Below are positions 9,962 through 16,966 of a DNA stretch of 32,941 nucleotides, one piece after another. The translations under genes were made by a program, and so were the position numbers. The DNA lies in sequence record DRR723986_9091, one strand, 5' to 3'. Numbering within the stretch: the stretch's first letter is position 1; every line of letters starts with the position of its first letter. The notes beneath the pieces were generated by a model that did no database searches, was not told the origin of the DNA, and was given only the letters and a program-made list of their open reading frames with translations.

Positions 9962-10165
9962 TCAAATTTTCCAATAGTGTTGCCGTGCCTCGGCCACGCT
10001 TTCGGCGTAGATTTGGGCGATGGATTTCGCGACCCGGCCTGTTCCATTGCAATAGTTGCATTCGATTTTGAGAGACCCGAACGTGGTGCGTTCCAAGCCA
10101 GTTTCACGCTGCAACGCCCATGCGGGACAGGCGTAGCCGTTACCGTGTAGGGATGGATCAGGCAT
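9962..10165 (-). CDS. Small hypothetical protein with CxxCxGxG zinc-finger-like motif
   Basis: CNYCNGTGRV; lies in the early-left operon. An alternative frame (9868-10179) also exists. Confidence 0.5.
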   Translation of the reverse strand: MPDPSLHGNGYACPAWALQRETGLERTTFGSLKIECNYCNGTGRVAKSIAQIYAESVAEARQHYWKI

Positions 10166-10181
10166 TGGTCGGGTCTCATCG

Positions 10182-10454
10182 TTAGTTTTTGCCGCTATCG
10201 CGGCGCATTCGGCGGATGCATCGGTTCATGATTTTTTGTCGTTCTGCCACTAGGTCATCCAAGCTGCGTTGGCGGCGCTTGATCCGCCCGTGCAGTTTCG
10301 CCAAACGGCGCAGTTCTCTTTTGTTTGCGAAGTGCAGCCATTTTGCGCGAAGGCCAAAAGGTTTAATTTTTTCAGCAGGTTGTTCGCTATTGTGTCCGAT
10401 GACGTGCGGCGTTTGTGTAGTGGGTGTCGCTGTACAGTTGGGGGCATGTTTCAC
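10182..10454 (-). CDS. Hypothetical basic coiled-coil phage protein
   Basis: GTGA overlap with the upstream ORF; Arg-rich helical C-terminus. Confidence 0.6.
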   Translation of the reverse strand: MKHAPNCTATPTTQTPHVIGHNSEQPAEKIKPFGLRAKWLHFANKRELRRLAKLHGRIKRRQRSLDDLVAERQKIMNRCIRRMRRDSGKN

Positions 10455-10717
10455 CTCGGCGCAGCTTGCTTGCCGGTTGAGACGTCAAACTCTGTCAGCA
10501 GGACTTGCAGTTTGTCTTGGGCGGTGGGGTCGGTATCCAGATCTCGGCGGCTGATGATGTCGCACCAGTTGCGCAGGAATTGCGCGGCGGCGCTGTCGCA
10601 GAAAGTTTGATCAGGCAGATCGCACTGGATGGCTGCAAACTTCTGGAACCGGGGGTCGCGGCACAGAATTCCGGCCTGTTTGGAGGGCGGCAATTCATCA
10701 AAGCTTTGTTTGGGCAT
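10451..10717 (-). CDS. Hypothetical phage protein
   Basis: QAGILCRDPRFQKF...CDIISRRDLDTD; ATG at 10717; overlaps neighbouring genes in the operon. Confidence 0.65.
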   Translation of the reverse strand: MPKQSFDELPPSKQAGILCRDPRFQKFAAIQCDLPDQTFCDSAAAQFLRNWCDIISRRDLDTDPTAQDKLQVLLTEFDVSTGKQAAPR

Positions 10718-10871
10718 AATTCGCACCTGCAAAGTGGATTGATTGCGTGTTGACGTGGGTCAGGCCGGGAAAGTCTTTGGCCCAATCGCTCAGGCTGGAA
10801 AGGGTCAGCCAGAGGGCGATGGTCAGCGCGATGAGCGTTAAGGCAGTGACTGCGATCAGGGCTTTGGTCAT
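10698..10871 (-). CDS. Small single-pass membrane protein (57 aa, not in the ORF track)
   Basis: Hand translation MTKALIAVTALTLIALTIALWLTLSSLSDWAKDFPG...QTKL*; AGGA RBS. Confidence 0.55.
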   Translation of the reverse strand: MTKALIAVTALTLIALTIALWLTLSSLSDWAKDFPGLTHVNTQSIHFAGANYAQTKL

Positions 10872-10967
10872 TTGGGGTTCCTAAAAAAAGGGACAGGACG
10901 CGCGGGTTTGTTTTTTGTGAGTGGTGGCTGCGCGCCCCGGAACCGCGTTAGCGGCTCTGTTGGGTCG

Positions 10968-11315
10968 TCAGGCGGATGCGCGGGTGTTGCCGATTTCTTC
11001 GGCGTCGTTGCGCGGGATGCCAAAGGGCAGGTGCCAGGAGATAAATCCGTCGGCTTCGACCTCGGGACGCGCCAGCTTGTTGGCGCGGCGGATCCAGTTC
11101 TGGATCATTTCAATCTGCGTGAATCCGCTTGCGGTGATGCCGTGTGTCGTGATGCGCCAGTTGGGGCGGCCGCCTTTGGGGGTGTCGGGGTTTGGAAAGA
11201 TGATTTTGCCGCCCTCGGTATTTCCGGCCTCGTGGGTGATGGCGCTGGCTTGAGCAATAGGGGTGAACTCGGTGATGGTTTCGAGGAATTCGCGCAGCTT
11301 GGCTGTATCGGTCAT
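10968..11315 (-). CDS. Hypothetical phage protein
   Basis: 115-aa ORF co-oriented with the early-left operon. Confidence 0.6.
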   Translation of the reverse strand: MTDTAKLREFLETITEFTPIAQASAITHEAGNTEGGKIIFPNPDTPKGGRPNWRITTHGITASGFTQIEMIQNWIRRANKLARPEVEADGFISWHLPFGIPRNDAEEIGNTRASA

Positions 11316-11422
11316 TGGAAAACTCGCACTTTTGAAAAAAGGGGCCGGAGAGAAAGCTCTAGAAACTCCCCGGCCAGTTTGAAGTGCGCAGGTTTCAGGC
11401 TGGCACTTTCAGGGAGGGAGGG

Positions 11423-11659
11423 TCAGGCGATCAGGGGCGCGGGGCCGGTGATGCCGGTTTTGGCGATGTGGGCGCGAACGCGGGACATGGCGCAGCGGGT
11501 TATGGCCTCGATCGTGTCGTTTCGTTCAATCAGGTGATTGGGGATGCCGATGCGGTCCAGATTTACGGTTTGGCCGCGCGCCTCTTTCTGTTCGGCCCAC
11601 ACGCTGGCCGCTAGGGCAGGGTGGAACGTGGCCGGGTTGGCGATTGTTGGGTTGTTCAT
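11423..11659 (-). CDS. Hypothetical phage protein (78 aa)
   Basis: ATG at 11659 preceded by GGAGA RBS (MNNPTIANPATF...). Confidence 0.6.
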   Translation of the reverse strand: MNNPTIANPATFHPALAASVWAEQKEARGQTVNLDRIGIPNHLIERNDTIEAITRCAMSRVRAHIAKTGITGPAPLIA

Positions 11660-11791
11660 CGGGGTCTCCGGTACAGTTAGCGGTTGTGGGGATTGGTGAA
11701 GCGATTTAGCGTCAGGCGCAGGGCGCGCTGCTGGAACGGCGGGCCCTGCTACACCCCCAATGAAGCGGAACTTCAAAGGAGATATATTTGG

Positions 11792-12136
11792 ATGACTGAT
11801 GACGAAATTGACGCGCTGCATGCCAAGTTGAGACGTGCGCGTGCACCATTTGATGAGGCGCAGGCGCAGGCAATCGATCTGACTAACCGCTTGAAGCGGG
11901 TGCTGGGCGGTCTTGAAAAGAAAGATTATAGCAGCAATTCGAAAATTGTACGGCCGGGTTTTAAGCCCGGGGTTTCGACTTGGGTGGAGGAGTTGCCGAC
12001 GCAGGAAGAAATGCTTGATGTACTGACGCGCTGGTATGAGGCGCGCGAAGTGTTGCGAAGCTCTTACGCAGCTCTGCCTGAGGTTGAACGGAAGCATATT
12101 GTTGATCTTCCGATAGCTTCGCAAGGTAACACCTGA
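11792..12136 (+). CDS. Hypothetical protein antisense to the early-left operon (moron-like)
   Basis: Strong AAGGAG RBS before ATG 11792; helical, protein-like composition. Confidence 0.65.
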   Translation: MTDDEIDALHAKLRRARAPFDEAQAQAIDLTNRLKRVLGGLEKKDYSSNSKIVRPGFKPGVSTWVEELPTQEEMLDVLTRWYEAREVLRSSYAALPEVERKHIVDLPIASQGNT

Positions 12137-12141
12137 CGCCA

Positions 12142-12435
12142 TCAGCTTGTTGCTTCTGATAGGAAGGTGGCCGTCAAGGGGCTGCCACTTTCATCGAAGG
12201 TGACCATCATTCTTGGGTAACGCCCACGCTTAACGATTACCGCTGAATTTTCCCTATCGCGTGGGGTGATGAGCGTCAGCAGTTGAAGCTGCAGGCGTTC
12301 GTTTTCAGCGCGTAGGAGGGTGACCTCGTGAACCAGCTGGGCCAGCGCATCTTGTTCGCCGATGGCTTCCCAGTCGTTGATCTCGGGAATGGTGAGAACA
12401 GGTAACGTTTTGCTGTTTGGGGTGGGTGTGTCCAC
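12142..12435 (-). CDS. Hypothetical protein, first gene of the PL transcript
   Basis: GGAGG RBS (12441-12445) then GTG at 12435; short coiled coil (LVHEVTLLRAENERLQLQL). Confidence 0.55.
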   Translation of the reverse strand: MDTPTPNSKTLPVLTIPEINDWEAIGEQDALAQLVHEVTLLRAENERLQLQLLTLITPRDRENSAVIVKRGRYPRMMVTFDESGSPLTATFLSEATS

Positions 12436-12463
12436 TTGAGCCTCCATCGGTGTGATGGAGATC

Positions 12464-12515
12464 ATTTCTATAGTCTTTTGAGACTATGTCAATAGGAGTA
12501 GTTGTTAAGAACTAT
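12464..12515 (-). promoter_or_regulatory. PL-like promoter with two 18-bp operators
   Basis: TTGACA on the minus strand (12487-12492); ATAGTCTTTTGAGACTAT (12470-12487) and GTAGTTGTTAAGAACTAT (12498-12515). Confidence 0.75.
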
Positions 12516-12527
12516 AGTAAGGGAATC

Positions 12528-12552
12528 AAAAAACCCGCACCGAGGCGGGGTT
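12528..12552 (-). terminator. Rho-independent terminator of the repressor operon
   Basis: Minus strand CCCGC-CTCGGT-GCGGG followed by TTTTTT. Confidence 0.75.
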
Positions 12553-12577
12553 AAAGTTCGAACGCTGCTATAAAACG

Positions 12578-12874
12578 CTAAACAGTTTTAGCGATAATCC
12601 AGCCAATCAGCGCAAGAAGTGTTGAAAATGCGCCGATGATGGCGATCAGCCTGGTTGTGATCCAGTCCTTGGTGGGTGCATCTTCTGTCTTTCCTCTAAT
12701 ATAGGAAAGGTCCATGGCCATTTGTGTCACGCTGGTCTCAAGGTTTTTGATACGGTGTTCCATGTCCCCATTATATGGGCCATCCCCGCCAGATTTCAAG
12801 CTGGGGTGGCCTTCTGCATCTTTTGGGCGGGGTTCTGGGCTTCCGAACATTCCAGAAACGACATTATCAGCCAT
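12578..12874 (-). CDS. Membrane-anchored hypothetical protein (coiled coil + C-terminal TM)
   Basis: ATG 12874 overlaps the upstream stop by 8 nt; C-terminal LIAIIGAFSTLLALIGWII. Confidence 0.65.
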   Translation of the reverse strand: MADNVVSGMFGSPEPRPKDAEGHPSLKSGGDGPYNGDMEHRIKNLETSVTQMAMDLSYIRGKTEDAPTKDWITTRLIAIIGAFSTLLALIGWIIAKTV

Positions 12875-13163
12875 GTTGTTCGGGCCTTTCAATATCTGTG
12901 ACGATTTTCGCTTCGGCGTCTCTTTTGAAGTCTTCGAGCCGGTTCGTAATGGCGGTGAACTTTGCCCGATGTTCAGAGTTTCCGGAAACGACGGAAGCGG
13001 CTGCATAAGCGGCAGCACTTACAGCGTCTACGTCATTGGCCGCAAGGGATTTTATCCACCTGCCTAGTACTCTGAGGGCTTCAAGGTGCTCTGCCTGTTG
13101 GGCATCCAGTCGCTTGTTGAGGGCGGCGACTTCATTCTGAAGGTCTTGGAGTTCGTCTGACAT
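12867..13163 (-). CDS. Hypothetical helical protein downstream of the repressor
   Basis: MSDELQDLQNEVAALNKRLD... from ATG 13163. Confidence 0.65.
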   Translation of the reverse strand: MSDELQDLQNEVAALNKRLDAQQAEHLEALRVLGRWIKSLAANDVDAVSAAAYAAASVVSGNSEHRAKFTAITNRLEDFKRDAEAKIVTDIERPEQHG

Positions 13164-13256
13164 TGGCTCTCTATGTAGTCTTGAGTGAATGATCAATTTG
13201 AGACTTTTTGAATCTGGGTGGGGTTCTAGGAGTAACTATTTTGACGGATCTAGAGA

Positions 13257-13616
13257 TTATTCATCTTCTTCAACGGATTCTGGCTGAGACTGATTTGCAG
13301 CGGCGGCGAGCGCTCGCCCGTAGCCTAGCAACTCCCGACGTGACCCAGCGTCTAGTTGAGATAGTAGGTGAACAATTTCTAGTTCATCATCTGTCTGAGC
13401 ATTTGACATGAATTCTTCCAGCGTCGTCCCTAAAGCGGCGCTGATTTTGCGCATGGTCTCAACTCGCGGACTTCTGTTTTGTTTGAACATCAGGCGAATT
13501 GAGCTGTTGGACAGACCTGCTTTTACGGCGAGGTTTGATACGTTCAAATCCGGATCAGCTGCGATTGCTGCGTCCAGTTTGAGTAGGAATGGCTCGGTGA
13601 TCAGTGTGGTAGACAT
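13257..13616 (-). CDS. CI-like XRE-family HTH repressor (no S24 peptidase domain)
   Basis: LNVSNLAVKAGLSNSSIR...SPRVETMRKISAALGTTLEEF; divergent from a cro-like gene. Confidence 0.85.
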   Translation of the reverse strand: MSTTLITEPFLLKLDAAIAADPDLNVSNLAVKAGLSNSSIRLMFKQNRSPRVETMRKISAALGTTLEEFMSNAQTDDELEIVHLLSQLDAGSRRELLGYGRALAAAANQSQPESVEEDE

Positions 13617-13634
13617 GGTTCAATTTTGCCGTTG

Positions 13635-13695
13635 GTAGAACTTTTGTACTATCGTTTTAAAAAACTTGACCACTATAGTCTTTCAAGACTATTTG
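13635..13695 (+). promoter_or_regulatory. PR-like promoter with two 18-bp operators
   Basis: TTGACC 13666-13671; ATAGTCTT-TC-AAGACTAT (13675-13692, perfect 8-bp inverted repeat) and GTAGAACTTTTGTACTAT (13635-13652). Confidence 0.75.
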
Positions 13696-13702
13696 TTGCG
13701 GT

Positions 13703-13912
13703 ATGGAGCAATTTCTCACAGACGTTCGCGCTTATGCCGCCCAAGTTGGTCTCAAGCCCTCGACCGTTGTCCAGCATGCTGGCGCGGGTGGGGGTGGCAC
13801 ATGGGCAAAATGGGAATCCGGCGGTAGCAGCCCAACGTTGCTGACCGCTGATCGGGTTCGACAGCATATGGCCGATAATCCACCGTCTGACTCGGTTGGC
13901 AGTGCTGCTTGA
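13703..13912 (+). CDS. Cro-like small HTH protein
   Basis: 69 aa, LKPSTVVQHA...WESGGSSPTLLTADRVRQHM; divergent from the repressor. Confidence 0.75.
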   Translation: MEQFLTDVRAYAAQVGLKPSTVVQHAGAGGGGTWAKWESGGSSPTLLTADRVRQHMADNPPSDSVGSAA

Positions 13913-14268
13913 TGTCATTGTCATCGCTTCCTCGTGTGTTTGTTTCTGGGATCAAGTTTCTCCTGAATGGGCGCGAAAAGTCTTTCGTGGTGAACAGGGT
14001 TGAGGCGCGGGAACTGGCGCGGGGGCGGTTCGCTGTGGCGTTGCGCGCGGCGTTTCCGGGCAAGACCGATAGCGAGGTCGCCCGATTGGCCGCGCCGGTT
14101 CTGGATCGGTCCGAGCGGCAAATTCAAAACTGGTTGGCCGGGGTGAGCAGCCCAGTGATTGAGGACGTGTACACTGTTTGCGCCATTTTGGGGGTGTTTC
14201 AGACGATGGAAATTCTGACGCAAGATCAGACACGTAACGACATTTTGGGGCAGATCGGGCAGGGGTGA
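13909..14268 (+). CDS. HTH protein in the CII position
   Basis: SEVARLAAPVLDRSERQIQNWLAG HTH-like segment; exact start uncertain. Confidence 0.6.
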   Translation: MMSLSSLPRVFVSGIKFLLNGREKSFVVNRVEARELARGRFAVALRAAFPGKTDSEVARLAAPVLDRSERQIQNWLAGVSSPVIEDVYTVCAILGVFQTMEILTQDQTRNDILGQIGQG

Positions 14269-14609
14269 TGAATATCAGTCAGGAATTCAGCGCGCTTTTG
14301 CAAAGCGATCTGTCCTGCGCCGGGGCCGAGGCCGCGGCGGGGGTGGTCACGTGGTTCGCGACCGTCAGTCTGGCGCATTTCGGGATCGGGATCGCGGTCA
14401 GCGCATTTGTGCTGTTTCGCGGCTATTCGGTGGCGTGGCTGTGGGCCGGAATGGCCGGAATTCTGATGAAAGAAGTTGCCGGCGACATTCCGAACAGTGG
14501 TTTTTCAGCCTTGGTCATCGCGGACAGTGTTTGGGATCTGCTCTGCTATTTGGCCGGGTTTTTCGTCCAGTGGGGGCTGATGGCCTCGGATGAGGAGGCC
14601 ACGGAATGA
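14265..14609 (+). CDS. Small multi-pass membrane protein
   Basis: About three hydrophobic segments; overlaps the upstream stop codon. Confidence 0.55.
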   Translation: MMNISQEFSALLQSDLSCAGAEAAAGVVTWFATVSLAHFGIGIAVSAFVLFRGYSVAWLWAGMAGILMKEVAGDIPNSGFSALVIADSVWDLLCYLAGFFVQWGLMASDEEATE

Positions 14610-14632
14610 CATTTGGCTGCGTCTTCACCATG

Positions 14633-15070
14633 CTAGTCGTTGCGCTGATGAATTTCGCGCCATGCAGCGGCTTGTTCCTCAGCGCAGTGGCGGACGTCGA
14701 CCTCCTTGCGGCACAATCGGTAGATTGTATCGAAGGCTTCACCGGTCAGTTCTGGCATGCTGCTAAATATATCAAGCCAAAGATCGTTCTCGTGCACGCA
14801 TTCCTCGAAGGTGATCCAGTTAGGTATGAAGTCAGAGCATTCCTCAAAAATAGCGTCGCGGTCCATTGGGCCCTGCGGAGCCCATTTGTTGAGGCGTTCA
14901 TAGGTTTCAGATTGGGCGTTAACGCAATCTCGTGCTTTTACGAAATCACTGCTGTGTTGCCTGCTACATTTTGTGGCTATCGCTGCTCGTTCAAAGGGTG
15001 GGAGTTCTTGGGCTGTAGCGCCAAGGGGGACTGCGGACCACATAATCAACGACCAGACCATTCGTTTCAT
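14633..15070 (-). CDS. Secreted/periplasmic Cys-pair repeat protein (moron)
   Basis: Signal peptide MKRMVWSLIMWSAVPLGATA|Q; six Cys in three pairs; AAGGGA RBS; opposite strand to its neighbours. Confidence 0.7.
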   Translation of the reverse strand: MKRMVWSLIMWSAVPLGATAQELPPFERAAIATKCSRQHSSDFVKARDCVNAQSETYERLNKWAPQGPMDRDAIFEECSDFIPNWITFEECVHENDLWLDIFSSMPELTGEAFDTIYRLCRKEVDVRHCAEEQAAAWREIHQRND

Positions 15071-15212
15071 TCTGGGTGTCCCTTTGGCGGTTTTCTCAGC
15101 AACCTTATGGCGAAAGGTGATCGTTCGCTAGCGCTTTTAAGGTTGAGCAAAAAAGGAAGTGGGGGTGCTGTTGGCTGGCTGTGTTTCGGTCAGAGTTTTC
15201 GGGGGGTGCAGA

Positions 15213-15500
15213 GTGAGTGCGCATAGTCCGAAATCTAAGGGGCGTCATCCAAACCCAAAAACGTTTGAGCGGGTGCCATTTCGGGTGGGGCATATTCTGT
15301 TCGAGGTGTGTGATCATCCCGAGCATGGCGCGACGTTTGCCTTGATCGCGGGGGAGGCAACCGAGGCCAAGCATAAGCGCCCGTTGTTCACCGGCTTTGT
15401 GCAGCGCGGGATGGCAACGCAGCTAAGGCGGTTGGCGCATCACTTTGATGATCTGGAGGCGAAGTTGCCTGTTGATCCAAACATATCCAAGGAGAGATGA
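15213..15500 (+). CDS. Hypothetical phage protein
   Basis: Probable GTG at 15213; ATGA overlap with the next gene. Confidence 0.6.
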   Translation: MSAHSPKSKGRHPNPKTFERVPFRVGHILFEVCDHPEHGATFALIAGEATEAKHKRPLFTGFVQRGMATQLRRLAHHFDDLEAKLPVDPNISKER

Positions 15501-16144
15501 GTATGGGCCGCTCAGATCATCTGTCGCCGATTTCCGTGGACGACTTACCTATTTACCCGCTGACAGCTGAAGATCGGTTGGACAGCCATTTCTTTATGGT
15601 TTGGGAGCGGCGGCGTTGGTTGAACTCTGACATGCGGCTCAAGGGGACACCGGAATGTCGGGCGCTGTTCTTTGATTTGATCAACATCGCCTATGACAAT
15701 TCGCCGGTGGGCACGTTGCCTGATGATTTGGATGTGCTGGCCAAGCTGGTGTTTGTGGAGCCGGGGCACTTCAAGGCCTTGTGTGGCCTGACATATGGGC
15801 CGCTGCACAAATGGAGCCGCTGTATCTGTGATGAGGATGAGGTGCGACTGATGCACCCCATGGTGCTGCGGTCTTTGACTGAAGCGGTTTCCCGTAAAGA
15901 AGACAATCGCGCCAGGATGGAAGCGGCGAACATCGTGAAGCGGTTGCAGAGGCTGCGGGCGACGGTTGCGGGTCTGCATTTGGATTTGAGCAAGAACGAT
16001 GCGGCCATCAAGTGGATGGATGAGTGGTTGAACGACCAGGGCTGCGGGTATCGCAATACGTCCTGGGTAGAGCGGTCGATTATGGCGTGGTCGGATCATC
16101 GTTTGGATCTTGGTCGGCGTAACGTTCGAGGGGCTCAAGCATGA
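15497..16144 (+). CDS. Putative replication initiator (DUF1376/YdaU-like)
   Basis: SPVGTLPDDLDVLAKL resembles the DUF1376 motif; lambda O position; followed by an iteron cluster. Confidence 0.55.
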   Translation: MSMGRSDHLSPISVDDLPIYPLTAEDRLDSHFFMVWERRRWLNSDMRLKGTPECRALFFDLINIAYDNSPVGTLPDDLDVLAKLVFVEPGHFKALCGLTYGPLHKWSRCICDEDEVRLMHPMVLRSLTEAVSRKEDNRARMEAANIVKRLQRLRATVAGLHLDLSKNDAAIKWMDEWLNDQGCGYRNTSWVERSIMAWSDHRLDLGRRNVRGAQA

Positions 16145-16316
16145 GTGTCCAAAGTGTCCTGAGGACAGTTGCAAGACAATGTGAGGACAGTTCGAGGACA
16201 GTGTTTGGAACTATTTGTTTGATTTCAGTCGGTTGCTGGAACTGTCCTGAAGTGTCCGGCACGACAGGGACATAGACAGAGACAATACAAGACATCAGGA
16301 CGGTTGCGCGACAGTT
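16144..16316. repeat. Iteron-like repeat cluster, putative phage replication origin
   Basis: GAGGACAGT at 16161, 16183 and 16194, a degenerate copy at 16172; inverted copies at 16144, 16153, 16240 and 16250; T-rich spacer. Confidence 0.65.
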
Positions 16317-16372
16317 GAAGTCGGGTTGCTGCGGGAACGAGAAGATTACTGAGAAAAGAAGGGGCTGAGAAA

Positions 16373-16966
16373 ATGGATGCAGAGCAGCAGGCGGCAGGCG
16401 AAAAGCGGGTACGGGAACACTTGATCGATCCGTTGTTGGGGTTGGGCTTGGCGCGACCAAAGGGCTTTGCCAAGGTGGCTGATTTCGAGGTGATGGTTGC
16501 CAAGGTTCTGTGCCCCAAGTTGGCCTACATGTCTGCGCTCAATCTGGCGGCGTTGGAGGAACAGATTTCGGCCAATCCGGTGGGTAAGAACCGCGATCAA
16601 ATGCCCATTCCGAACGACATTCTGCGCGATGCAGCCAAGATCCAATCCCCCGACGCCGGGGCGTCTCCGTTGGTGCGCGCCGTGTTCTCAGCGGCTTTGG
16701 GGCAGGATGCAATGGCGGGGGATTGGGGGCCAGAGTTGCGGCGGTTTTTGCTCAAGAAACGCAAGTGGCCGTCTGCGCTTGATGTTCAAACGATCAAGCA
16801 GGAAGCGGATAAAGCCTTGAAACGGTTGGCGGATATTGAGGCACGCACTGTCTCAGGTGCGGTTGTGTCTGAGGCTGATCAGACGTGGGCCGCGTCACGC
16901 GCCACAGCTTTGGAGACGTGCCGCGAGATTGTTGAAATGGTCCGGTTGGATGGGGGGCGCGCATGA
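16373..16966 (+). CDS. Hypothetical protein (replication module, lambda P position)
   Basis: 197-aa ORF; ATGA overlap with the next gene. Confidence 0.7.
   Translation: MDAEQQAAGEKRVREHLIDPLLGLGLARPKGFAKVADFEVMVAKVLCPKLAYMSALNLAALEEQISANPVGKNRDQMPIPNDILRDAAKIQSPDAGASPLVRAVFSAALGQDAMAGDWGPELRRFLLKKRKWPSALDVQTIKQEADKALKRLADIEARTVSGAVVSEADQTWAASRATALETCREIVEMVRLDGGRA

Noticed and set aside
9868-10179. 103-aa minus-strand ORF with neat junctions to both neighbours
   Set aside because: Pro/Arg-rich, unprotein-like and runs through two strong hairpins; the overlapping 9962-10165 frame has a CxxCxGxG motif. Not fully excluded.
15074-15082. Extra copy of the att arm-like motif GGGTGTCCC
   Set aside because: An isolated 9-mer that coincides with the RBS/spacer of the minus-strand gene; probably chance.
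14606-15226. 206-aa + strand ORF
   Set aside because: It is the antisense shadow of the 14633-15070 gene, which has an RBS, signal peptide and internal repeat structure.
16144-16316. CRISPR array, or a 44-codon ORF from ATG 16141
   Set aside because: The repeats are 8-11 bp without unique spacers and there are no cas genes; the short ORF simply translates the repeats.
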